Source: Sphagnum compactum (Eukaryota). Taken from it: DNA of 64,000 nucleotides. The notes beneath the pieces were generated by a model, which was given only the letters and a program-made list of their open reading frames with translations, did no database searches and was not told where the DNA came from. A program made the position numbers and the translations under genes. Of the stretch, positions 27,301 to 38,800 are shown in pieces. The stretch covers positions 2,728,001-2,792,000 of the forward strand of contig OZ234493.1 in NCBI GenBank assembly GCA_965153455.1, written 5' to 3'. How positions within the stretch are numbered: position 1 is the stretch's first letter; every line of letters begins with the position of its first letter.

Positions 27301-29763
27301 TCTAATGGCAATGTTCTTGATGACTAGGGGGTGGTATTCAAGTTACGCATGTGTAGTAGTGATCAGTGTTGGATGGTTATCAAAGTGTAGGGTGAAAGCC
27401 CTAGGGTGAGGGCATTCTCAAAATAAGGTGCCTAGGACGTGGTGATAGCCAAGTATGGCCTCGCATTTTGGGAATGTCCCCCACCCATGGGCTTTACCTA
27501 TTGTAAAGCACTAGGCAAAATGAACCAAACCTATGTAGATCATGAGGCATATGAATGGGAGTTCTTATGCCTACATCTCCATAGTGGGAGGATTCTTACA
27601 CCTACAAGTAAGCATAATTTCTCTCCTATCCTTGGGGAGTAGGCATAATATCCCTCCCAATTTCTAGGAGGGAATTCTAGGTAGATATAAGGTGCCCTCC
27701 ACAACCACTACAAAATTTTCTCTGAGTGCTTTACAAAACAGGAACAGACCCCCTGCAGTCATCAGTGCGGTTCTTAGGGTTCATATTGGCAGTTCTCAAA
27801 CAAATCAAAGACCCAGTTCTGATATATAATCATGGTTCTCAAAAAGATTAAAAAGAAGAATCAAATTATCGTCTGTAAGACTCAGTTCTTTACTGGTTCT
27901 TTCATGAAAACAACTGATTCTTTGAGATTTTTTAATAACCTGAACTGATGGTTCTTAGATTATGATTTTTTCTCAAAAACCAGAACAGAGGGGTCTCTGA
28001 TTTTTGAAATATTAAAAACCCCTGAACCAACGGTTATTAGCATAATCAAATACCTGCCCAACACTGGTAGTGACCCAGGTGAACTATTGTCATTAACCGC
28101 TGCACTCAATAACAAGAGATACCCATTTCAATTCAGATTTCTTTTCATTCTACAACCCATCTTTGCAATCTGGTTGAATCACAGAAAGTTAGGGAACGCT
28201 TTTGTTTGGCCCTGCCCCTCACCCACATTAGCACTCTTGCTGCATGGTTGAATCACAGAAAGTTAGGGAACGCTTTTGTTTGGCCCTGCCCTCACCCACA
28301 TTAGCACTCTTGCTGAGCTCATGCAGACTACGAAACACGGTCGCCCTGGTCAAGTTTGTGGCATGCTGCCAGTACCAGAGGACAATCTGTCCTCCATGAT
28401 CTGCCTTTCGTCTAGTGGACTCTCTGGTCCCAAATGGATGTAAAATTGTAAACAGTGAACAGAATCAGAAGTTTGCAGGGCTTTTTAGATCATTGATTTC
28501 AATGCACATTTTTGCTTGAAATCATGAGTTTACAGAGCTCTTTTAAATCATTGACTTCAATGCACATTTTTGCTCGAAATCACAAGTTTGCAGAGTTTTC
28601 AGATCATTGACTGCAATGCAAATTTTTTGCTTTGAAATCAGAAGTTTGCAGAGCTTCTAGATCATTGACTACAATGCACAATTTTTCTTTCTGGCCTGTG
28701 TCGGACTCAAATATTATGTGAACTTTGCTGTCATGTGCACAGACATGGTTATTTGGGAAATGGACATTCAATGCAGACCAACGATGGGCACCACCCGGAA
28801 CAAACTTCCACCAATTCGTGGTGCCTGCTGTCAATGGGATTCGCAAGGACTGCACATATGCACCGGTTGCTGGCATGATGCTCCCCAAACAAGTCATTGG
28901 TGTGCACACCTGCGAGGTAAAATTTCTGCTGCAAAATCCTTCAATTATATTTCCTTGTTTCAAAAGTATGAATGAATGAGCATTTGCTAATTCCTTGGAA
29001 ACTAAAAACCTTCAAAACCCACAAAAAGTTGGTAATCTAATTATTCATAGCTTTACTCTGGTATTCTTGTGGGAAACCATGGATTGTATGTTGCAGCTGT
29101 AGAGAGCCCGGGATTTTTCAGTGTATGTTAAGGAACTTGGTAATATGACACAATATTGCATGGAACTGTGTAAAACTCAGAAGATCCCGGCCAGTGCCTT
29201 CTGGACTTGTGGAAGGCATTTCCTTTTTAAGCCAAATGGACATTTTGAGATGTTCAAGTAGTCCATTTGGCTTAAGCCAATGGCCTCATTGGCATCAAGT
29301 GGAGGGACCCATGTTTGGAGCCCTTCTTGTACTCAAAGAAACGCCCTACAAAAAATTAAGAGCCTTTTTCTTGTCAAAATCTTATAATTTGTAAGAGACA
29401 CCAATGCCAGACCATTGGGGATTTTATGAAATTGTAAGAGACAATTTTCAAATTGCATGGGGGGAGTGACCAAGCATATTACAAAGCAAAGAAAGAATTT
29501 TGTGGGCCGTACACAAGGTGTCCAACTCTTCAAAACCAATGCTTGAAAGCTAAAGAGGGTGTTATATGGATGATTGGCACTGGTGGTTTGTTGATTGATT
29601 GTAGGTGATGATGCCAAGGAAAGCAGTACATGCATGCCATGCAGGAGGGCTAGTGCATGCATTAGAGGGTTGGAAGCACCATGAAGTTGGAGCCGTAGAT
29701 GTTGATCGTATTGATATGGTGTGGGAAGCAGCTATGAAGCACGGGTTCTCTTCTGTGACTTGA
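22224..29763 (+). CDS. CER3: ECERIFERUM3/WAX2-like (CER1/CER3 family) very-long-chain alkane-forming protein, 11 exons, ~628 aa
   Basis: GT-AG exons 22224-22283, 22592-22824, 23210-23445, 24074-24293, 24820-24941, 25079-25335, 25636-25743, 25948-26154, 27140-27250, 28743-28916, 29605-29763 (1887 nt, in frame). His boxes HRAFH / HSFHH / HSLHH, MGHCNCE. Wax2-type C-terminal motifs: [87 protein letters not shown]. Confidence 0.93.
26438..26590. mobile_element. Foldback/MITE-like inverted repeat in CER3 intron 8
   Basis: GGGGAAGGTGCTGCTGTCAGGGCATTAC pairs with GTAAAGCACTGACAGCAGGACCTTCTCC. Inner CCTGGGAACCAAGGGCGGAG pairs with CTCTGCCCTTGGTTCTCAGG. Confidence 0.7.
27763..28066. mobile_element. 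hAT-type MITE in CER3 intron 9
   Basis: Starts CAGTG and ends CCTGCCCAACACTG, the same end family as 16501-16851. Flanks GCAGTCAT / GTAGTGAC (5/8 match) may be a decayed 8-bp TSD. Confidence 0.5.
28171..28315. repeat. Near-perfect ~74-bp tandem duplication in CER3 intron 9
   Basis: TGGTTGAATCACAGAAAGTTAGGGAACGC...CACTCTTGCTG at 28171 and 28245, differing by one C. Confidence 0.9.
28462..28690. repeat. ~57-bp tandem repeat (about 4 units) just upstream of CER3 exon 10
   Basis: AATCA(G/T/C)(A/G)AGTTT(G/A)CAG..CTT.T.(A/G)ATCATTGA(C/T)T.CAATGCA(C/A)A.TTTT repeated. Confidence 0.8.
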
Positions 29764-30216
29764 GAAACCTGCCCAAAAGAGAAACGGCAATCAATTTCAT
29801 TAAACCGTCATTTGGGCCATGTTGCTTCCTAATCAATATGAAGCTTGCATATCAACTTTTGCTGTGGCCCAACAACAAAGACTCAAAAAACCATAGTCTT
29901 TCACACCCATCCACAAAGGTTATATTCTCAAGGACCCAACTAAACACTAGATCATCAAGACAGACCTCAGTAAATGTAACGGAGAAATAAGCTGGAATGT
30001 AGTTGCAGGTATCAATTGATTCATTTGTTTCCTTACTTTGCTTTGGTTCATAGCTTGTTGATCTAGACCAGATTTTATATAACTTATCCCTCTCTTCAAA
30101 GACTTGGGGGAATACATGAGATACCAAATTCAATTTACCTTCATTGGGTCCTTTCTTTTAAACCCTGTCTGTATACACAGAGGGTTTTATTAGCGTACTA
30201 ATATACAGAAGGTGTT

Positions 30217-31340
30217 GAATAGGTAGGGTGTCCTTAGGAAGGGCAGGCCAAAAATAGTGGCAGCCTATTTTATGAATAGAAATTCCATGCAACCAATGAG
30301 AAGCTGCATCATGGAGTGAAGGAACCTCCCTTTTTCTATTGCCCCAAGCTAATGGACGCACATGTGTAGATTGATGGGTTGTTTTGAAATCTACCCATCT
30401 ACTTGTTGGGTTTCTTCTCAACATATGAATGTTGAGTAACTGATTTTATCATGCCTCTATATCATTTTATTGTTTTGGGTTGTCCCTTGCCTTTTTGTAT
30501 CACCAGGTTTCATATCACTATGAAATGTAAAAAAAAGTCATATGATGTTTTTCAAATGAAAAACATACAATTAATTAGTTTCAATTCCTTTTAAATCTTA
30601 TTAAAATGAGATTCCTAAAAACTTGATTAAAATAAAACACGTCAATTTTTAAATAAATTAAAATTTTAATATAAAATTTATTTCTAAGATGTATTAAATG
30701 CTTTTAATTAATTTGATATTGTTTTTAAAACTTCAATAAGGCTTTGATGAAGATTTAATAACAAAAATCATAATGAAATTGATTTTTAATTGATAAACTT
30801 TTTTGTACTGTTGTTGCTTTTTATGTTATAAAAATTTATTATTGCCCTAAGATAGTAGACATGCATGTATGATTTTAGGTTTGAGCAAGCATGTATGGGG
30901 CAAACACGGGGGGTTTTATTCTTCAAGTTGTGTTTGGTGTCAAGAGTGGACTGTCCACTGTTCGTTCAGTTCACTTTCCACTTGGACCGTGGACAATCAA
31001 TTTTCCATGCAAGTTTTGTTCTTTTCATGCATTTTTTTGTTTTGTTGGGGGGGGGGGGGGGGGGGGGGAGGGTCAAAGCAAAGAGTTCCCAAGTTTTTTA
31101 CATGTTCCTCAAAGAGTTCCCAATATGCTTTGGCAAATGTTCTCCTCTTTTCACCTATGTAGGTGAGCCAAAGGGGAGGAACTCTCTATACTTCAAAATA
31201 GAACCTTCTATTTTGGGTAGCCTTCATAGTTTCTTTTTTTTTTTTCAGTGATGGACCAATCAAATTGGCTCATTACAAAAATTGAACTTGGGAGGCTCCT
31301 CATCTAATGAATAGGAGAGGCGAATAGGTAGGGTGTTGAA
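30217..31340 (+). mobile_element. Dispersed repeat element, copy A, with an internal insertion at ~30330-30885
   Basis: Homologous in reverse orientation to 31900-32585, sharing AATAGGTAGGGTGT.CTTAGGAAGGGC, CAAGTTGTGTTTGGTGT, TTGAACTTGGGA and CTCATCT. A 15-bp direct repeat GAATAGGTAGGGTGT lies at both ends (30217, 31322). Confidence 0.65.
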
Positions 31341-31899
31341 TAAGCTTGTGCGTAGGTGTAAGAAAAAATGTTATGGTCAATGAAATTGCTGGATTTCACG
31401 ATTTGAATTCTTTTTCTTAGTTATCTTGAGTGAACTAAGAATTAAATGTGTATTAGGGTTTGGTAGGTTTTTGAGAAATTTAGAGAACCAATGGAAATGG
31501 TAGAAAGGGACTATAATTTTCGATGTTTGCATAAATAGGGTTGTGTGTCATCATGAAAATTTATTTTTCAAGCCTATGGATTCCTGGATTTGGTGGTCTG
31601 AATTTGTTTTCCTAATTATCTTTAGTAAATTAACAGTTCAATGCATAAATAACTATTTACAGACTGGGGACACTTGCACATTACTTTCACACTTTGTTTT
31701 CTCTAGAAGTTGTCAAATGTGTGTCTATCCACCCAATATCCATTGCATGGTGCTTTGGTGGCTGTTAGTTCATTGGGGGCACTTTGACCAATCCAGTGGA
31801 AACTGCTGTTAAACACTGAGAAACCAGCTTCTCTGAGGCTCTACATAATGTCCAAAGAATATTTGGAACAAAACACTTCCCAAACTTATTGTGCTTTGC

Positions 31900-32585
31900 A
31901 TTAATCAGATGAGGTGCTTCCCAAGTTCAATTTGCTTGGTCCATCATTCAAAAAAATTAAAATTATTGTCATATAAACTTGTGTATTGATTTTACAATAT
32001 CTAAACAATGTGGTGAAGGTTAAGTGCTAATGAAATGTTGATACAATCATGGATACAACGTTACTATTATGATGTCAACGTTGTTGTTACGATGTTGTGA
32101 TGACATTGTAACATATTGTGATGATTAATCATTATGTTGTAATGTTATTATAACATCATATAATGATTCATCAACACTTCATTAACATTTAATTTTAAAT
32201 ATATTGTTGAAACATTGTAAAAGCACAAATACATGAAGGGGAGGGGACAAATTTGTGATGCATGAAGGCTCCTAAAATAGAAGTTTTTATTTTGAAATAT
32301 AGAGTTCCTTCCTTGGGCCCACCCAAAACAAACCACCCAAAAAAAAAAAAAAAAAAACTTGCATGAAAAATTCACTGTCCAAGTGAAAAGTGAACAGTCC
32401 AATCTCCACACCAAACACAACTTGAAAAAAAAACCCCCCCTCCCTCACCACCCACCAGAAAAAAAGGAGGCCCCCTCACTTCATAACTCAACTTCTCATT
32501 GGTTTCATGGAAATTCTATCTTAAAATTGGCTGCAATTATTTTTCACCTGGACCAATTGCCCTTCCTAAGAACACCCTACCTATT
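31900..32585 (-). mobile_element. Dispersed repeat element, copy B (inverted relative to copy A), with an insertion at ~31965-32260
   Basis: Ends GCCCTTCCTAAGAACACCCTACCTATT, the reverse complement of the copy A start. Internal blocks are collinear. Confidence 0.65.
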
Positions 32586-32950
32586 TGCAACAACTAGCAT
32601 TTTTTTATGATGGGCCTTCATGAACAAAGTTTAATATAGATATGATTAAATTTGGCAATTGAAATCTACATAGAAAAAAATTTAGATGAAAAATTAACTA
32701 TATCCTCAAGTGTTCTTTTCAACATTTGATATTTTCAAAACCATTTGTGGACCTAATCTTTTTAGAATATTTATGTAATACACCTCAAAATCATTTTGAG
32801 ATAATATCATTTGTACAGAATGTAACAGACCTGCTCTTGATTTGATCAACATACACTGGTGATCAATTCTGGTCAAAAATTCAAAAATTCATATATTCTC
32901 ACGAGAGCAATTCCTATTCGCCTAAAAAGCTGAATTGAGTTTGTAGGCCA

Positions 32951-33035
32951 ATTTCCACAAAAGCAAAAATGACAACTATTTCTTTCAATTTCCACAAAAG
33001 CAAAAATGACAACTATTTCTTTCAATTTCCACAAA
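32951..33035. repeat. 37-bp tandem duplication
   Basis: ATTTCCACAAAAGCAAAAATGACAACTATTTCTTTCA twice plus a partial third copy. Confidence 0.85.
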
Positions 33036-33844
33036 AATTGTTCATTATCAATTGTAGCAATTGAAATCTTAACCTGACAACAACAAGGGTTGAAATCCTC
33101 GGCTTCAGGCTTACCAACATACTGGTTATCATGTAACTTCAAACCTTATAGTTTCATTTTTAATCATCAAACTCCATTGATAACTAATGAGATTATAATA
33201 CCCAATGCTTGGAAGAAAGTGCAATGAAAAAATGTAACTTGAAGTATAATACCAAAAGACTTGGTAAAAATTATAAATAATATGTATAATACAAAAAGTT
33301 GTATGTGTCTATGCCATTCAAACCTACCTATGTATGAACCTTATTTACCTACCCACTTCCCTCTACAAACCTATTTTATATATACCAACCTACTATTTTT
33401 CCTTTGTCTTTTTATGTCTCCTTGACTTTCTCTCAACATCCCCCTAGCTTTTCCTCACTTGTGTTCTCGCTTTCCATTCTAATCAAGTAATTTGTGTTGA
33501 ATCGAGTATCCTTTTTGCAGAGGAGTTTGTAGAATTTCTGTGGATTATCATCAACATTAAGTTTGTCATTTTTGTTTCTATGGTGTTACCTGAAAAATAA
33601 TGTCAAGCTGATCTCTTCGTGTTGTATTCTAATCCCATTATTGGCTGCCAACATGAGCAACTCATCGCACTCTAATGCCCCAACATGTGAGCTTGCAGCT
33701 TACAAAGAAAAACTTGCATTTTTTGCACATTTCTTGATATTAGCATTGGGTGAAGCATTCATAACTTGGCTATGGGGAAATGAAGGCCCATTTTCCATCT
33801 ATTCCGTTTACTTGAAATAATAATAATAATAATAATAATAATAG

Positions 33845-34680
33845 AATTATAATACCAAATACCTGGAGCAAAGTATAACACAAAATATTTTCAATACTTG
33901 AAGACAATATATGACATGCTTGAAGGAAATTATACTATCGCATACTTGAAAGATAGTACAGAACCAAATTCTTGAAAGAAATTCACTAAAAAATATCTGA
34001 AGGAAAGTATAATACCAAATACTTGAAAGATATTCTAGTAACCAAATATTTGAAGGAAAGTACAATACCAAATACTTGAAGGAAAATATTGTACCAAATA
34101 CTTGAAAGAGATGCATACTAGTAACAAATACTTCAAGGATAGCAAAAGACCAAATTCTTGAAGGGGGAAGTATAGTAGAAATACTTGAATGATAATATCA
34201 AAATACTTGAAAGAAAGTACGATACCAAATACCTGAAATTAAGTCCCAGGAATTTGAAACATCTAGTAGAATACCGGATTCTTGAAGGAAAACTACAATA
34301 CCAAATATTTGAAGCAACGTGTATTAGAAAGTTTTTCACTTGGAAAGCATAATACAAATTACTCAAAGGAAAATACAATTATCAAATATTTGAGGGACTG
34401 CCTAGTATAACGACAACGTATTTTGAGTGTTGGGACTTGGGTTTAGCAACCTGTCAAGTTGTTAAACTCATGTTTAACGATTTGGTTAGTTGCTAGCCCA
34501 AGTCATAAACCACTCCTCCATTAGACAAGTTGTTAAACTCAGATTAGCTGTTCACCCAAGTCACAAATAACTACCCCAAGTAACAAAAAGGGGAAGCTTC
34601 ACGACGTCCTTTACTATATATAATAATATCAAAATATTTGAAAAAAAAATGCAATACTAAATACTTGAAGGGAAAGTATA
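33845..34680. repeat. ~26-bp minisatellite upstream of the WD40 gene, preceded by (TAA)n
   Basis: Many units of consensus-like ACAATACCAAATACTTGAAGGAAAGT, interrupted at ~34400-34620. Confidence 0.85.
34401..34621 (-). mobile_element. Short Helitron-like insertion within the minisatellite
   Basis: Shares the terminal AAGCTTCA...CGACGTCCTTTACTATATA with the 13307-14249 Helitron. The opposite end is CTAG with only a weak hairpin. Confidence 0.5.
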
Positions 34681-35810
34681 GTGTCGCGAGTGTTTGGTTG
34701 GGAAAAATGTCGGAGTTTTTGTTTTATACTACTTGTTGACTTTCACGTACATGTCGCTCAAGTCCTGAATATTCTTTAAAGACTTCTTTGAAGAGAAGTG
34801 TATTGGAGGAGAGGCAAATGTTTAGTTCGAGCCTAGAAGAAGAGCACGGAAAGAAAGCAAGCTTTGCCGGATAGATGTACTAGGGCTCTTGATTTTTTAT
34901 TTTCGTGAACCGAGTGGTGTTTACATAAGCATTCTTCTTCAAAGGTTCTTTAACCTTTGTTTTTTTCCTCTCGGTAATTTGAGAAATCCACTCCAATTTT
35001 CGTTTCTTAGATGCCTGACAATCTTCCTTGCTACGACTTCACAAATTGTTGCTATAAACGTAAATTTCAGGGAGTTGGAAGTCTAGTGAAGTTAGATCAG
35101 TCAACTGACTCATGAGGCCGTGTGCAATTTTTGTTAAATGGCTTGCAAGTCTATTCAGCCATGAGCATACTTTTGCAATTCCATGTTGGTGCTATTTCCA
35201 TGTGGCACCTGATTTCAAGTCTTTTTTATGATTGTGAAGCTCAAGGTCGTAGGATATGATCAATTTTTTCAACAATCCAGTCTTTAGAATGGCCAAACAT
35301 TCTTGGGAAGAAATCTAAATAAACATATATATGTTGTGACTAATGCTAGCTTCTTGGCATCTTGCTAACCCTAATTTAAGTCTGACTCCATGCATGCCAC
35401 TCCATGCTGTGACAGCAGTATGAAACTAGTCTTCATTATTTCCATTCAATGCTCTTAAGAGATTCGTCAAACCATGGTTTCGAGGTGACAAGAAGAGTTG
35501 TTAGCTAAGAGGTGGGAGTTTAGTCCTCCTATTGCTCTCAAGGTACTGCTGCAGTGTGCCAGACGTTACAGTCACAGATGTGGAATGTTTCTTTCTTGCT
35601 GTGTGTGTGTGGGGGAGACGCACACTTGATGTCACTGAATGGGGTGAATGAGTCCACGTTCAAAACTGTTTGATGAGTAACATTCAACTTGAAAAAAGCT
35701 GCCTTTTCCTTCTTGGGGTTCTGGAATGTCCAGTCATGTCAGACCATCTTCTAGTTTCTGATTTAAATTGGTCTTGATTTTGTCTGTAGGTGACCTAATC
35801 AGAGGAACAA

Positions 35811-38800
35811 ATGGCTGATGTACCAGAAGCTGATACTGAGGATTTACTTCAAGCTGCTCCTGAGACGACGTCACTTGACACAGCCTCAGATGTTGAGAAT
35901 GAAGTGGTGAAGCTAAACCTGGTTTTTTATTCTTCGTCTGATACCTCTGCATGGTTGTCAGCCGTCTTCTTCCTCGTTTCACATGTCGTGGCAATTGCAT
36001 GTGTACATTGTGAGAAGATAGGTATGCTGCTGTGCTTTTTGCTTTAAGGAAGGGCATTGTAACCATCATTAAAGCATCTCCAGCGGTCCTCAGTATGTGA
36101 CCCTGCAAAAATATTTCTCACATCCAAGTTTTACTTTCTCTTTTTCAAACCTCACCCATAAAACTGAAACTGGGACTGCAAATAGGTGGGAGACTCCTAA
36201 TAGCAAGCACCTAGACCAATCAATATTTCTAGCCACTCAGAAACAGGGAGCAGTCAATAAATGCAATCTGATTGTGTTTATTAGACTGTTCCAAGGCTCC
36301 TCCAGGGTTCTGAAAGCTCTGCATTTTTCCAGGGTCACAGCAGTCCTCCAGTGAATCCCACTGGATGTGACTGCTGTACCTCATCAAAGATTTCCTGTGC
36401 AAGGTCACATACTGAGCGCCAGTGGAGATGCTCTTACATATGAAACTGTACATCACTCCATCATGTTGGATTAAAATACAGTCAATTGTGACTGCCCACT
36501 TTGACCATTTGTTGAAAAGAAGCTGTGAATGCGATCTCACTACACACCCATGGGAATATGGCTAAAGTACTGTTAGGAAATGTGGATTCCTTTAGGCATT
36601 CTTCATGGTCAATTGCAAGAAGTTTGGTGAGAACAGGGCAGGTACTTTTCAGAAATATAAAGAGACCAATTCCTGCGAATTGATACTAATTTCATGACCA
36701 CCCTATGACCATGTTGATTTGGATGGTTAAGGTCTTTCTATTAAAGTGATGCACAGCTTCTTTGAGAATGGTGTGACCAACAAGTATTTCAAAAAACAAA
36801 TCAGGATGTTGATTGTGAACTAGTTGTGATTGGGAGTTCCTTAAATGTTGAAGGCGTCTTCCTTGCAATCAGGTAAGCAAGGTCTTGGATACAACAGCTC
36901 TGCAAGCTAGGGATGGGAAGGATATTCAGGGCATTCCATGGGACCAGCTGCAACTCACAAGGGAGAAGTACCGAAAAACTCGGTTGCAGCAGTACAAAAA
37001 CTATGAAAATTTACTGCAGTCTCATGATGAGCTTGAGAAGGTATGCATTATACTGCTGGGTTCTGGCTAGGCTTAGAGTAACCTATTGTCATATACAGTC
37101 AATTTGCTGAGTGGCTTTCTGATGATTTGGTTGTATTTGGGCAGTAATGATGACTTGGTTTCCCAGTGGAGGACATGTAAGGCTCTCAGTAAAGATTGGA
37201 ACGAGACCTAAGTACAGTGCAAAATATCTTGGATGTGGCATAGTTGTGATGGTAGTGTGCATTTTCAAATAGACATCATCCAGGTGGAGGTAGGCATAAT
37301 TCCAGGGATGTGAGCAATTTGATGCAGGATTCTTGGAATAGAATGTTTCCAAGACCACTCCAATCTGGTTTATGAACTGGTTCTGATTCTCTTGTGGAGT
37401 TTGTCTGGCAGGAATGCAAAGCTGTTGAAAAAGAAGGGAAATTCTACCACTTTCAACACAACACAAGATCAGTGAAACCCACAATTATTCATTTTCAGGT
37501 CAGACTGCTGCCAACTCGGTGAATTGTTTCCATATTCCCATTTTTCTGCTGCTGTTTCAATACCTTGGCTGATAACACAGTGGGTATTTGTCGTGGCAAC
37601 AGTTTGCAAGTAATCCCTTCAGCTTTATGAAGTTTAATATCCTTGTTTTCTATCACTGAAACTGTGCTATTCTTAATGATCCCCTGTTGTATTGATTCAG
37701 TTGGATTTCTTTTCCTTGATTGCAAGTGACAGCTGAGAAACTTAGTGTGGGCAACATCAAAGCATGATGTGTATCTCATGGATAACTTTTCAGTTATGCA
37801 CTGGTCATCCATGTCCCATGAAGCCACTGAGGTGCTCAATCTTGCAGCACCTGTCACTGCCTCTGAGGTACTTTTTATCTTTCAGTTCTCCTCTGCTTTT
37901 GTGCTGATCTGTGAAACCTCATCATCCCATTTCCTCACTTATTGCTGGAGTAGGTTGCTAAAACTTCACTGATTTCACCATTGGACCGTTATCTAAACAC
38001 AGACAAATCTAGTTGTAAACAGGAGTGGTCTTCTAACACATGTTTCTAGCATTGCTAATGACAATTCTGGTTGGAAAGAAGCTTGGCTGTAACAGTTTTT
38101 GTCAGTTGGTACGTATGTTTGGTTGCCCTTCTGTATTGATTGTTGAGGGGTTTCTAAAGTCAAGGTGAACAACCATGACATCAAAGAAAGAGAGGAAGTT
38201 TGGTTGACTTTAGACATGGGATGAAGAGAACATCTGGCTTTCTTTTGACCTGGTACATCAAAGAGATCCTAGGGAATTCATTGAAAGATGTTTGCAGTTA
38301 GGTGTACAACATATAAAAGTACAGACAGACAATGGGCAGTCAGGAAGTACATCACCCTAGATGATACCAGCCCTCTAGACTATTCTGCAGTATACCACCT
38401 TTGTTAGAGCATCTCCAGCAGTTCACTGGAAAATGGGCTGCACAACATGTTTTCACATCCAAACTTTGTGCTAAAAGTTTTTCCCTCTCCAGCCATAAAC
38501 TGTAAATACTGCACATTATACACTGAGGAATCATGTAACGATCACATGTGGGTCAATTAGTGCGACCAGCCAATCAGTAGCAGTAAGTGTGTGGTCAGTA
38601 AATGCAAACACCAAACTAGCAGCAGTGTTTTTTGTTTTCCAGTCTCTTGAAACCCCAGTATCCAGCAACAATTTGGTGTACCTGCACCCACTTTCACACC
38701 ACTGCGGTGTATTGCTTCATCCAAAAGTGGCGTGAAGGCCAGTTTCCAGTGGACCGCTGGAAATGCTCTTACTATGCACGTACATTCATCATCTCCTCTA

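Noticed and set aside
33845-34680. Regularly spaced ~26-bp repeats as a CRISPR array
   Set aside because: The units are contiguous and degenerate with no unique spacers, there are no cas genes, and the context is eukaryotic. It is a minisatellite.
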